NCBI GenBank assembly: GCA_040954595.2
Contig: CM082581.2
Coordinates: 7,184,699-7,248,698 of the forward strand
DNA length: 64,000 nt
Direction of reading: 5' to 3'
DNA from: Balanoglossus misakiensis
Taxonomy: Eukaryota; Animalia; Hemichordata
The notes below the pieces were generated by a model. The model did no database searches and was not told where the DNA came from. It saw nothing but the letters and a program-made list of their open reading frames with translations. Below, one piece after another: positions 13,901-27,881 of this stretch (position 1 is its first letter; each line of letters starts with the position of its first letter). The position numbers were made by a program, and so were the translations under genes.

Positions 13901-16384
13901 TAGTTCAGACCGAGGTAAGAGACTGGCGCGTTAGCACGCAATATGCACCTATCCAGTGTTCGGCTCAAACGACTGTGGTCAATCGATGTGGTCAGTGCAG
14001 TGACGAGGATGCATTTTTTGCAAACTACGGTATTCATCTGCAGCCTGGCCTAACTTTTGGGGGGCACGGTGCTCCAGTCGCCAACCTAGCCTCGGGGTTC
14101 GACTTGGGTTGGGTAGGTCGCGCTCGTTTGCGTCATTCGGGACACAGAAGATCACTTCATGATGAATCATTCGCCCACATGCATGAACCGTGCTTGTTGG
14201 TGCAACAAATGAAACAGAATATTTGCAATGTGTTTATCGTTTGTGGGTGTCCGATAACTGTTTGACAGAACCGCTTGTAAGAAAGTCGTGATGGAAACAG
14301 AGAATGCATGTCGCATCGTTGCAAATTCGCTCTGAATGACTCGAAAAGGCGATTATTACTGTCATTTTTGCCGAAACTGTTAGGAATTTCTTTTTGCGTG
14401 TGTCTAAAAAAACAGGAGTTAACCATGACATTGTAGTACATGTATTTAAGACGAGCCGACGGACAGGTCGTTCGACGTGAGGACACCGCACGTGATTAAG
14501 CTCACGCGCACACTTGACCTTAAATTGAGCTTGACCGTAACAATGGGTAACCAGGTACCCCGTTACTATTAAAGAGGCAGTTTGCAATCCCCGGTTCTTG
14601 AATAAGGTCTTGTTGACATTGAATGTCTGTGTCGTGCAAAGTCTTTGTTTTGCCATTGAAACATTGTTAAACTAACTCATCTGCTTTTAGATAAAGCTGA
14701 TAAGGAAAGTGCATATTTTTAATTGTTCATATCCCGCTCACACCGATCGAAGTGATTTTTTTTTGGGGGGGGGGGCAAGAAAGAAATTGTGTATGCAGGG
14801 TTGATCGTGTTTTCTTCGATTCTAAAGGCGGGAAAAACTAACTTTTTGACATGGTGGGTGAGCAAATCGTTATGAGCGCTATATGCAAATGAGGCAGTTA
14901 TGTGGCGAAAGGTGAACCCTGGGGATTGGCCCCCTGGGCATGCAACCTGGTTAATTTGCATATAACATGTCGGTGGGCGTTCACTGGTAATTCGCACACA
15001 CGTACTGTACTGGTCCCGCGTTTCCCGCCCAAATTGTCTTGACGTTATCTTTGGCGAGCAAAGGTTACTGTGTTGGCTGTCAATACTTCGACATTCGGAA
15101 CAGTTAACACATTTATCGCAAGAACAATAACAATCAATTCAGGTAATTGTCATGTGAAATTTACAAAATCCAGTCAGCTGTACCGCACCTGCACGTCGGG
15201 GCCGTGATTTGTTAATTGACACACCGGGCCTGATGTTTTTTTGGTAGAACAATAGTGTCTTGTGAAACGAAAGTGTTCATTAATTGCCATCCGATGGCGA
15301 CTTCGGCTCTGTCCAACGTCAGAGACTGCATCTTTCCTGGTCGTTGTGATCTGTAAGCGTTTCTCACATAGATACCAGCAGATGATTATCTGCTGTGCCG
15401 TTTCCCACAAATGTAGGCTTTGTTAGTTAAGTCAGATGGCACAGAATACCCGATACAGCCAATATTTTGTATTTTTATAATTATGAATCATGGCGTTTTT
15501 AGGTGCGTGTACCGTGACGAGCTCACGTAGGGAAATCTGCAGTTAAATACATGTACATGTAATTGGCTGTCATCACCAATCTTGGATTCATGGTCAAGTT
15601 TATAAACGTATTACCCATGTGCCATTCGTTCGACATACAACGCATTCTTCGCGGCATTCCATCGCCGGCCGCGCCGGGCATCACCACATTGGGGTCCAAA
15701 CGTGTGAAGTCGAGCACTGGAGTATTAAAGAAATCTAATTTCTCAGAGTTCTTTGTTGTTGAAAGCACTTTTTCGCTTCGTACTTGACCTTCATCTCACA
15801 AAAAACGCGATAAATCTATTCAGTAAGACCCTATTCGCTTTGAATGTCCCAACTTCTTTTTAGCCATAACTATCAAATATAAATCGTTTTTATAGCCTGA
15901 ATGATGGCGGTTGGCAGTCGACACCGAAAGGGGTAAATAAATCAAGGCACCCAGACAGTCTGTATACGGGATTATAAAAACATTGTGTTTTCACGCCCAG
16001 TGCCATATTTGTAGTCAGCCTCCTTTCAAGCCCGGGGCACTTCTAATGAACTAGGTCCAATTAAGGGGTGCACGGGCAAGACATCGAACCTGTCACATAA
16101 CTCCAACTGTTTTGACTTAATGATCTCAAGTCAGAAGTCTATATAGCGTTCCATTATTTACTAACCCCTTTTTTTCAATTGTTTACTTGCGACGTGCTTG
16201 CCGTTTTTGTGTATACAGGTTCGAACACCGATCGTGACCCGTCGTCGTTCCCGCGGGACAGGGTTGCCTAGCAGAGCTCACCGTACCGTTCCATGATTGT
16301 CACGTACCTGTACAGACTAGATCGTCAGAGTTTGAGCAGCAGAAACATGGCTGACACTCAACTTGAAACTAGTAAAAAAACCAA

Positions 16385-16444
16385 AGAAACAAAAACAAAC
16401 AAACAAACAAACAAGCAAGCCAGAAAAGAAACAAGCAAACAAAC
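16385..16444. repeat. Degenerate (CAAA)n/(CAAG)n low-complexity tract
   Basis: aaacaaacaaacaaacaagcaagc...aaacaagcaaacaaac. Confidence 0.75.
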
Positions 16445-19400
16445 GGAGAGGAAAAACTAGTTATAAGCTTAACAGTCCCTGTTCGGCGATCGCGACAATC
16501 GATTTACCATTCATGGTGTTCATGGAGTTGCGCACATTCTGTTGTTCGCCTCATTATCGAAATGAGGTTCGTTTAGGTTAGCGAGAACTGTTACAATCAT
16601 ATCGATCATACATAAAGAGACAATACAGTTATTGAGCCCCCGTCTGGTTTTTAAAACCAAAGTCGGCGTTCAAATCATGCAGGTTGTTCTCTGTTTTTAT
16701 TCAGGCCAGTATAATTGTAATGTTTTTGTCCTCGGGTCAAACCTTCCATTGTGATCGGGGCATTTTATCTGGGCGAAGTAACAGCGCGCGGGACAATAAC
16801 AATTAGCCAGAACAGCGAACCGAACTAGTCTAAATCGTCGCTATGGTCATGTTGCGGAGGCGTGCGCATTCGTACACGACGCGGCCTCAAAGGATTCAGG
16901 TAGGATTTCGCGCGTAAGGCGTCGAATTCCTGTGACAAGTGTGTGTCGGCCGGTCCAAACTAGAGTTCGACGGCTAAAGTGTCATCGTCGCCATGGCGAT
17001 CGCGGTAGCACATGTACCTGCAGACAATGGCCGCTGAAAACCCGGGAGGTAATTGAAACACCTGTTTTGGGGCCTGCGCAGAAGGTATGCAGTACAAGTG
17101 CGGTAGAAAATCGAAACTTTCCCGGTGAGAATCGGTGACGCCGGCACACGTAATATGGACGACCGATTGTTGACGAACAGACATTTTCTCGAGTCCGTTA
17201 TACCGACGCAAAAATAGTTTTCCCGAGAAGGATTTCAACACCAGGCATTAGAAGGACGGGCGTGTGTGTCGCGGTGAGTGTTACAAGCAAGGTTTGGTTT
17301 GATAATAGCGTTAACATGTTCGACTACTGTGCTACGGAAATGCGTTCCAACGACCCAGAGGAAAACAGTCAGTCTCGCGGCGCAGTCAACGCTAACGCAC
17401 AACACACGCAGAGAAGATCTCAGCCACGGTGGTCGATTTAAGTCAGGAATCTCGGCCAAATTCATCGCCTCAGCATTGAACCCAATTATCGATGTGCACA
17501 AATAACAAGGTCTGAGTTTTGTTGCAGGGTTTTTATCACGGCCAAACGTTTGTCTTCCTCTAGTTTAAAGGGAATGAACGCCCCGAGTCAGTGTGCGTCC
17601 AAACTACGCCGCCAAAGCACGGTCACAGATCATGTAGTTTTGTAAATGGCTAACAACAGCTATTAGCAGTGATCCGCGAGATCTTCTCTCTCCTATTGAA
17701 CCTGGTGCTTTATTTTGACAGGTGTCGCCGAGACCTAGGGACGAGCATGGGGAGACGGGGAAACGATTGCTTCTATATATAATTCCTGATAAGAGCAGCT
17801 CGACTGACAGACATGATAACAAAAACAGACGACCAAACCAAAGTGCCCCTTACAGACGGTTTTGATAGTGGAACTCTCGGCGGTAAAAAAGGTAGGACAT
17901 TTTTTTGGTCAAAGTTTCCTGGGGATACGGTCTGAAACATATAAGGGTACCCGGATTGCAGCGATGTTTGTTTTTGTTTCTCAGCTATAAATTCTCTTAA
18001 ATTAATAAATTACAAACACCTTTCAAGACTGCTTCTTCGGTATTGCCTAGGGCATCCCTGCATCACACTCTTTTGTTACGAATTGACTCTAAGCGAAAGA
18101 GCAAGAGAGAGAGTGGACCGGACCTATTCTTCTTTCTTTGTTCTCGGGCCGGTTTCTTTTTGTCGGGAGAATGGCACTCGAAACCCCGAAGTCTGGTGGT
18201 ATTTTTTTAGAATCGCGACAAAAGGGAAGTTAGAGAAATCGATCGCTGTGGCGTTTTCTTGGTTTGAGAGGCTGGGCGCCGAGGTTCGTGTTGAATGTGG
18301 GCAGAGACACTTTGACTCCAAGTTCATCTCTCTCGGTGCACCGTCAATCGTTCACCGTGCTCTTGTTAGGCCCTATGATTTTTTTATTGGTCGATTGACA
18401 CAGCCCCCCTCCCTCCCCAAAAATGCGACAACACTCAGAGATACAACCGCACCGTTGTTCTACACGGCAATAGTTGACATACACGTAGTCTCCAAAAATC
18501 ACTGGAGCTTAGATCCATGCTGTGACGTCGTCCGAATCGAACGCATTGTTCGATTCAGTGTATTGTTGTATTTGGAGGACCCCGAAGACAGGTGTTTTAT
18601 AATAGCCGCGTATACTGCCAATCTGACGTCGCCGTGCCCTACATCTGATTTTAATCACATTGGTATGCTAAATGATATACATGGTTGAATACAAGAGCCC
18701 AGCCCTATGGTACTGAACTTGTGCATTTCGTTTCAACTTCAAATATCTTCCAATTGTCTTCGATATTCTTTGGGTTTCCTTCATCAAAACCATTTGGGGG
18801 CACAGCTTGACAAACCTAATGACGTTCCGTGGCGACGGAATTGACTCAAACTTTAAAGCGACTACATCTCATTTGGGTAATTTGACGGACGCATCCATTA
18901 GTGTGGTTGCAACCAGTTAATTATTTCTTCAATTATTTACTTGTGTGTTTCCGTCAATGCTTGATATTAAGAACATGAGATTCTTCAAGTCTAGTTTGAA
19001 TGTAAAATAATGCAAAATTATGCAAGAGGGGATATCGTGACAGACAGTTAGACAGGTATGGTATCTTTTGTTTTGTCGAGATAAAAGTATTGGCGAGTAT
19101 TGTTTTCCGGTGAAGTGTTACGTTTTCCGAGTCAACATTCCCGTGTCACGATATCTTAGTCGATCGATAAAGACCATTTATGGCGAGCATAAATTTATAA
19201 ATGATGCAATGCAGTCTGGCACTGCACCAACCGTCAGGTCAAATACCGTTAGTAGACAATTTTAACAACACATATAAAAATTAAACTGTCCATGGTATAG
19301 AGGTGGTTAGTCACTTTAATAACAAAATGTTGTGTGGATGTGCTAGGATAGCGGGCATGCCTGTGTCCTTGCAGGCCCAACTATACGTGTATGTTTGATT

Positions 19401-20206
19401 CGCAGTGGTTGATGCAGACAAATTTATTACTGTCTCAAGGAGATGGTATGTGGATCGATGCGAAGTTGACACTGATTCAGTCAACCTGCGTGTACAGTAA
19501 TATATGCATGGGGCTTGCGGCGACATGCACTCACCTACTGTATAGCTCCTGAAGTCGTTTCGTAACAAACAACGTGTATATATACCCGCGGCGCTCTCGT
19601 GTCCAACTCCGGTGGCGGGCGAACCGACATTTTACCTGAATCAGCAGTGAAATAAATCACACGGTGCTGTGTATACCATGAAACAGCAGCTGCATGCGCG
19701 CAAAACAAACAACAGGTGATGTCGAACACACACGACCGGTCATGGTGGTAAAACATTTGAATTATGTATTTCAGTTCGACCGACAAGGGCTATTTCAGCG
19801 TCAATGAGTTTGGACACCGGCGATTATATACAGGTCATTTTAGGTCACCAACAGGCACGTGACAACAGAAAAGGGTCAAAGAAATGAAAAAGAAATAAAG
19901 GCGGACTAATCTCGTCTTTATCGGAAAACAAACTTAATACGAAAGTTGTTCATTTGAGTTAAATGCCGACAGTTCACCGCGCTCACAGTCACCTTTGCTT
20001 CTCCGAGTCGCCGCAAGTGCTCGGATTAAGTCGGGGGCATTCGGATGTCGCACAAGCTTTTGAGTTGCCAATGCAGAGGCACGCATTAAAATATGTTGTA
20101 CGCACATATGCATTCGCAAAATTGGGAGGGGGTATAATTAAACTGAGATGTATCCAAATTAAGATATCGCGCTTATCACGTCGAAATCATTGATTAAAGA
20201 ATACCA

Positions 20207-20220
20207 GTTACTAGGGCAAC
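20207..20220. promoter_or_regulatory. RFX X-box-like palindrome GTTACTAGGGCAAC
   Basis: Matches the 14-bp GTTNCY-NN-RGYAAC RFX consensus. Motif match only. Confidence 0.35.
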
Positions 20221-23200
20221 GAAAGACGTCATAGGGTGGGCGCAGTATTTCCCGGGAGTTCGGCACGCCCAGTCTCTTATACCAGCACCACTGCGTTAAA
20301 TCATTTCAGCTCAGAGCCATTTCATAATTCGCATCTTGCTGAACATGTTTTGTTCAATTTTGTAGACTACTGTCCTAAAACCAACCTTTGTAGATATTGT
20401 TTGCATGTGCACTGGAAGCTGACATAAAGTCTCCCGCACTGTCTCGAGAATAAATCGTTTTTGAGCGTAAAAAATGTTTGGGGCGCGGGTTTGATGTCCC
20501 GCGACGAGCCGTGGCCTGGCTATACTGTATTGTAGCGCAGCGCAGACTGTTGAGAATATCTCGGGCGAACGTACACTAGTAGAGGTAGTGGTCGTTTTTT
20601 TCAAGTGGCCCACTCATGCTTTTGGGGAATGGGGACCACCTGTTGTTGCGGCACTTGAACGTGGAATTAGCTCTGAAGTTAACAAAACCAGTTGTGATTC
20701 GAAATTGAATAATACCACAAACTTGGAAAAAAGTATTCCTCTTATATTCACCCCGTTGTCATAATAAATCAGTGACTGCGTGCACACCAACAAAAAATTC
20801 CACAATGCTATCCTTGTGAGAGCAAGGGCTCGCCGATCGATAGCAGTTTATTTTATTGACGCAAATCAATGACAAAAGGCCAGCGGAGCATACAAATGTA
20901 TGGTAGCCACTCCAAAAAAAATCGGAGTTTAACCTTGTGAAAACGTGTTCGATACACAAGGGTGTGTCTTGGTCCTCAAACGCACAGTCAACAAAATTCT
21001 TCAACGTTTTCGGCGTGGAAAAAGTTTCACCAGTATATGCAACTGTTATTTATAAATACCACGTCAGTTGGTCAGTTTCTCCCTTTTCTAGTGTGTTTGC
21101 TTATTTGTTTGTTTGTTTGCTCGAAAAATCGAAAAAAATCGTTTAAAGTTTGTTATGCTGACTATGTATATTTCGAGTGGCGTTCTGTCCCCCATACCGC
21201 GGATTCGAACGACCGAAGAATGCGAACTGCGGGCTATTGTTCTCGGCGGGGCTGATGAATTGCCGTAGCCGGCTCTGACAGCGAAATCTCTTTGTGCCAC
21301 TGAGTTGGACCCGCAGATTTGCCTCTGATACACCGCACTTAAATCGACGGAGAACCTTTTATAGACTACGAGTGGTTTATTAAAACGCGACAAACGTCTC
21401 ATTAAAAGAATTGTATCGTCGACGGATGGGTTGGCACGCCCTTTAAGTGATGGAAGGTGACATTTCAACGTTGGACGGGAGGTACATGTATAGGATGCAT
21501 ATATTTTAACGTCGGACATCCCCTTTCCTCCTAACTCGTTGTCATACTCCCAAGTGAAATTTCTCGCTCTGACGCGCAAACACGTGATTCAAGCGACTCA
21601 TAATTTGCTTGGATTCTGTTTTCCATTGTTAAGTTAGTCATTTATTGGTAAATTATCGATTGGGGTGTCAGCCAAATGGTAAGGTGGGGGGGGGGGGGGT
21701 GCCCATTATGAAAAAGTCACTTCACTGAGCCGGTCGCACAAGTCGCTGGCCGAGCAGGTGGGTGCTTGCATCTGCCTGCTTGGCATCGTATTCTGGGTAC
21801 TGCAAGCCACCTGCAGCAGGGGTGAGTTTTTTTTTAATAATCTAAACAAATCTTTCGAAGTTTACTATAAAACAACAACAACAGCCTTTCAGAGGCGCGA
21901 ACAAGTGTTTGTTTTATCGTTAGACACTAAAAATTACTTGTTTGCCTAGTCAGGAATGTATCTATTCTGCGGTGTTGGTAAAGCAGCCACTTCGCGGTCC
22001 ACTGGTTTGTAAATTTGTTAAAACCGGTCCGTGTTTAGTAAAACAGGTTGACAAAGGGATTGGTAAACGGCCGAACTGTTTCATTAAACACACTTTTGGC
22101 AATTACTTGAGCCGCTTCTTCACACACGGCTTCCGTGCAGCCGGTTCCGACTAACTTCCCGCGCGCCGGTGTGCACGACGCGCTGAAACGCGCACGGTTG
22201 CCCCGTGTCTGATGGCTACAAAGTGTGATTAATGACCTAGACAGGGTGTATATATATATGAACACGCTTAAAAATTAATATAGCAAAGCTCGCTCGGCTT
22301 AAATAGTAACCCCCTTGCAAAATCATTTAATGGACTGTTAAGCCTGCCTGATGGAGTTTCAAATCCCGTGTCAACACTTGGCCAAATCCCTGTGCTGACA
22401 TGTTATACCCCCACGGCGCAGTCAGCCACCGACCGTGGCACGGTGTTTGATTAATGCAGTTTGCGATCTTCACCGGATTGATAAGAAATGGCCCACACAA
22501 TCCCCAAAAATAGAACATAGTTTTCCGTGGGCCAAGCCTGGCGTGACTAATGCGACCATGACATAGGAATTCTCTGAATAATCGCGTTTAGCAGGTACTA
22601 AGTATTTTGTATGATGTGCATTTCTGTACAATAGTGTCATTATATGTGTTCGCTTTCCACTGAAGGCGGCATTTCCTTCTCTCGATTATATATAATTTTC
22701 CCCCGAATTTATGACCAGAATTACCTCATCGCTGATGGTGTAGCAGATCTTGATCAACAGGGGGACTTTGTGTTTGATTGGACGGACGAATCATATTTTG
22801 CAGGCGATATTTTTACATAATTGCCAAATTTCTGTAACGCGCAATAAGATCTGTGTCCATAGCCATTTCCGACCAATCTTTAATGCTCCTCGCCAGCACG
22901 ACAGAAAGTTCGTTACACCATGGACGTACTGTCAGACTATGGTATGAGTAACTCCATGGTAACAACATAGAAACAACACAGAAATCAGAATGATATACAG
23001 GGCTTGTCACGCCGGACTCGTTTTGTTCAGAGGCAGTCGAAGCTAATTGCGTATGATTTATTAAACAAAATAAACCCTTCCAACCAATGGCGACCATACA
23101 ACGCAACCCAGCGATAAAGACCTCACTCAACCTTCCCATCAGTAACAATCATAAAAACTTCAGACATAGCGCGAATGACGCACCCTTGACTTTGACATTT

Positions 23201-26082
23201 GCTGGAAAGGTTGATCGAATCACCGTTCATGCGCACAAAAATGTATGGGTGAGATTTACAAATATGAGAATGCTTGTAAAATATCTCTGTTTAAAAATGC
23301 TCGTGGAAGGAGATATTAAAAAAATAGAATGACGCAGTTGTGTCTACCGGTTACGTCGTCATACAAAAAAAAACGGTTCGGTGGCTGGGGTTTTAGCTGA
23401 CTGGGTCTACACAAAATCTCTCAACACTCAAGGCAAGAAGTTAATCGCTGACAATTATGGCTGCCCGAGTATAATTATCCACCTCAGAGGTGGTCAGTCG
23501 GCTAAACCTTAAACATAAAACAAACAAAACAACTGACGTTGACAACGCCGGTAGCACTGGCAGTTTACTGGTCGCGATCGAAGGCCCATTGAACGAAATT
23601 TGGAGTAATAAGGAACCAAAGATTCTTTTTAAAAATGCAATAAAGGGAAGACAAATATATGACAGACCCTTCAAACGACCAAAACCAAACGAAAACTCGA
23701 AGCATTCTGCATTGAAGTTTATTATTTAGCGCTGTAAGACAGGCAGGGATACTAGAACATGTGTAAAGTAAATGTGTATTCTGCGTTCTCACAACCACTC
23801 TAAGTTTGGCGTTTATATCTTCACGAAGATTTAAACGTTACAAGGAAGTGTTCTTTTACCAATCAATGGAATACATTCTCGTCGGTTTTATGTTCCGTCT
23901 AATGCCGCTCGTTTTAGATTTTCATAAATCTTGCACGATCGTCACCATGCGTCATTCGTGCGTTTTTTTCCCCTCCAAACATGAACGTTTTATAACGCGC
24001 CAAACGCTTAGGATTTCAACAGCTGTGCGCCGCCATGAACGACTGGTACAGTTGTATATCGCGCCACGAAGTTCCTAAATGTCTCTCTTAAATATTTATT
24101 TGCATCTTTAATTAGCGGAATGTTGTGAAAAGGGCCTCGCTGCGTTTCGCCAGAGATTTTTCCACCTATTCTGTTTGCGTCACACTAAAGTCGACGACGT
24201 TTTCCCATTGCACATGCGCATTAGTTTCTTGTTGACTGATCATCTTGATTACCTGGCCAGGTCGTTTTTCTCTCTCCTTCAAAGTGGATTTTAAAGGTTT
24301 GGGGGAAATGTAAACCCCTGTTTTTGGTCTAGTATGTCCAACTGTACCTTTTGGGTGATTCACAGATGCGTGTTTTGGGATCACCTGATCTTCGTATCTT
24401 GGTTTACCAGTAGTCATCAAACTGCCATGAACTAGTTTAAAGGCAATGACGTGATAAAACTTACGCGGGGCCGTGTTCAACCTTTGCCGTCAGAGCTGGA
24501 CACCAAGCACGTTATCCCGCCATCGCTAACACACCCTTGAATGCTTTAGTGCACTGCCGACGTCAACACAGACTGAAATTTGCGACGGGCAAAATGTTCA
24601 CCGAACTATATCACCAAAAAGACGGAAGAACACAAGTGTTCTTTAATTTTTTCGATCGAAACACAGACTCTTTGCCAAGTAGACTTCGAGTAGGCGTTAT
24701 AGCTCGTCGGCGTCGTTCAGGGGAAAACCATGACGAACCGGACCTTTGCGCCCTATTGAGGGGGAGGAGGGGGGTCGTTCATGATATGCGGTCACGACGT
24801 CGACTGTGGTTTGTGTGCCAAAACACGTTAATCTAAACCCTAATTGCACGATGTGAATTTAAAACCAACATTTCCAAAGGACCTTGGAGGTTGTTAGAAA
24901 GGGATAATTGGAATACGGCCCGGCACCAAGAAATTCAGAACTATTGTGTAAATCCTGCCATACGAGACTCTGTAATGTTAGACCCGTATCGATTGTCGGC
25001 CGAGCGAGCCTCTTAGAAATTGTGGCTTTTATAAAAAATAACACCTTTACGTATCGACAAACAGTGAATTGCTGGGGGATCTGTTTACACCAAACAAAAC
25101 AATCGTTCGACCAAACACGAAGAGGAATACGATAACTTGTTAAGGAATTGGAGACATGGAAATCAGGGTGCATTGATGAGCTAAACTTCATGCGCCCGAT
25201 AGGGGGCGCCGTTTTACCCATGACTGCATCACAGCTCAGGGGTCGAGTGGCTGACGCGTACGATATAATGTCATCCAGCTTTGGTCCAATTTGAACGAAA
25301 TATGTAATGTCCACGCCGTCAGTTTTTCCCTCGATAAATTGCCATTGATGGAATGTGGCGCATTCAGTTGTCTTATCATCAAGGCTAATTTTATTCGTGA
25401 GTCTATAGTATGGTTCGGTAATTTGAGGCTGAGATGGCTGCGCCCCCTGACGGTCAATTAATCATCCAGATATTAAAATAAAGAGCCAATACGAAGTCGA
25501 CCGAGGTTCACACACCACTGATTGGTTTGATGAGAAGACTTGGTGTCGCCTTGCGCTGCAGAAATCTATTCATTTGCACGATGGTCGGTCGGACTCGCGT
25601 CGGTGCTCGCGCTGATTTATCGCGCTCGGTCTTGGTTGAATTCGCCGGTCGTGGTATCCTCGAAGTCGGTCACTTAAATTACAGGTATGTGCGGCCACCG
25701 CACAAGATCAACTTCCTAGCGCCATCTCAGGCAGTCCTCCCCCCCCCCCCGTTATCCTGACCGCGAAGTGGGTGGGAAACCCGTCCGACATCTTTTTTCC
25801 ATGGCCGCGGGAAACTGATCTCAGAAACCCGCTGAACTTGGCAACTGCTGGTCCCTTCTCGTATCGCGTTTCGGCAAAGTTCGGGTTTGATTCGCCGAGT
25901 TTAATTGCCGCGACAAATTTGATTCATTCGTTGCTATTAATAAACTTGCAATTAGAGATTGCAAGCCGACGCGAGTTTAACGTTTCTGTGAGAACCGGGT
26001 TGACAGAAATCGACTGAACGACACCTCACTTGCGTGATCTTGGTGGTGTGTGATAACCTGCGAGTCCCTGAATAATTCTCAT

Positions 26083-26116
26083 ATGAAAACTTCCATCTCG
26101 TTGAGCGACATGTCAA
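26083..26116 (+). CDS. Candidate first coding exon of gene A (MKTSISLSDMS-K, phase 1)
   Basis: ATG 26083 in frame with ATG 26110, then donor GTAGGT at 26117. A+AA gives Lys and joins the 26584 exon in frame, for a 443 aa protein. Confidence 0.45.
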
Positions 26117-26583
26117 GTAGGTATAGAAGCTAAGGGTATCCCCTCGTCCTCAGTCGTGATGGCGGTCTATCTGTATGTCTGGCTTTGGTTAGATGGAACT
26201 CACTACATGCCGGGTCTCGCTTCCGAAATGGAGCTCGTACCCAAATATCGTGGCCACAGTTCACGTCATCCGACGTTTTGGATGGGTTCAAGTTGTCAAC
26301 GAATATCATTCCATGTTGAACAAGGGGAAAATCGTTAAATACCAAACTCAATTTCTCTATTTGATAAAAAATAAATTGCATTCTCCCTGTAGGATTACAA
26401 CAACAGAGCATTAGGCTGTAATAGACAGACCAACAAAATCATGTTTTATTCAAATCTTATCAGATTTCAGTGTATACCGCATGTGATTTTAAAGAGGGGG
26501 TTATCGTATAAAAACTCCTTTAAATCTCCCGACAGACCTTGACAATCGCCATTGATTTGACCGATTTTATTCTTTCTTTGCAG

Positions 26584-27881
26584 AACAACCACTATGTATC
26601 GTCGGTGGCGGAGTAACGCTTGGCTATACAAGCGATCGCAACAGCCCGTCCACCGTGAATAGACCACCCCGGGCCGGGAATAAGAGCTACCGTCACCCGC
26701 CGTGCACACCACGACCCTACGCGACCGCCTTGCCGAGACTCGGCGGGGAGGGCCAAAAGAAAAACGGCGTTCGGGGATTCGCTGTGTTCGGCAAGCACAA
26801 GGCACTGCACAGTGCTTCGGACCTCTCCCTTTGCGAGAATGGCGGCGACAAGGCGGGCGTGGAGAGGTACAGGCATTCCGCCCGGGCGAAGTTCGCCGCC
26901 GACTTCTACGCGTTCGACAGCATACCGATGGAGGACTTCCGGCAGGGCGGGTTCAGTTTGATGGTGCGCGGCGGGAACAGCTCGTCTAGCTTTCCGAGTT
27001 CGCGGTCGGTGCGGTCCGTCTGCAGCAGTGAGGATCTCATCGTGACCTCGATCAAGCTCTCGCGGGACGGCGAGGAGGAGAACGCGAGCAGGAGTGACCG
27101 ACACAAAACTGTGTCGTCCAAACACGACATTTGCAGCAGCGACTCCGAACAATCATTCCTGGAAGAGATTTCGCCCGGGCGATTTCTCATCAACGGAAAG
27201 GAGGTGCGCATGCCTGAAGTGCCCCCGCCTTCTATGCGGAGTTATTATAAACCCTACTCCAGTCAGCAGACGAACACCAAAGCAAGTCCTCGTTCCAACT
27301 TCGAAAGACTCAGGCGACCGCAACGGTTGAGTCCGCGCCCCCGAACTTTTTGCGCCCCGGAAGAGGCGAACGACCCGCCGCAGTTCGTGCCAATCCAATT
27401 GACCAAAAGTAACAAAGTGACTGTGGCTTTCGAAAACTACCTGAATACTAACGCGAAACCAAAAAGTGCCAAGCTGCACAGACGACCTGACGCGAGAAGT
27501 TCTCCCGCCAAAAGCAGGGACGGCGACACGGACGACAGGTACGATTCCGCGACTCCCAGGGTGCACTTCGACGTGAAGTCGATGATCCGGAAGTACGCGC
27601 CCGGGGGCCAACAGACTTTGGCTGGTCGGATCGTGGACTCAAATGACGTCATGGTTGACTTGAATCGTGCAGCGGAACAATCAAATGATGCAGACGTCGT
27701 CGGCGTGTCGGACAGTCTCGGCCTCGAGTCGGACGAGATCTCCAAGGCAACTCTCATTAACCAGTGGCTGGATGACTGTATCGACCAGCAGAAAAACAAA
27801 AGGACGCTAGTTTTGAGTTTCCCAAGCATCGGGGAGGAAGCGGAGGGACAAGAGGGAGAGGAGGGGGAGGAGGAAGAATAA
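26584..27881 (+). CDS. Gene A, large final coding exon: uncharacterised low-complexity, probably disordered protein (Ser/Arg/Pro-rich, acidic C-terminus)
   Basis: Strong acceptor ttttattctttctttgcAG (26582-26583). The frame of ORF 26655-27881 is open back to the acceptor (QPLCIVGGGVTLGY...). ~1.3 kb without a stop, GC- and GC3-rich versus the AT-rich flanks, TAA at 27879-27881, followed by AT-rich UTR-like sequence. Confidence 0.85.

Noticed and set aside
16218-16230. GGTTCGAA B-box-like words (also ~11602, ~48858)
   Set aside because: No A box or cloverleaf; not tRNA or an evident SINE.
18083-18688. 201 aa + strand ORF
   Set aside because: Non-ATG start, random-looking composition, no homology recognised.
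21758-21821. Signal-peptide-like VGACICLLGIVFWVLQATCSR before a GTGAGT donor
   Set aside because: No in-frame ATG before the upstream stop and no good acceptor; retained only as a possible non-coding exon end.
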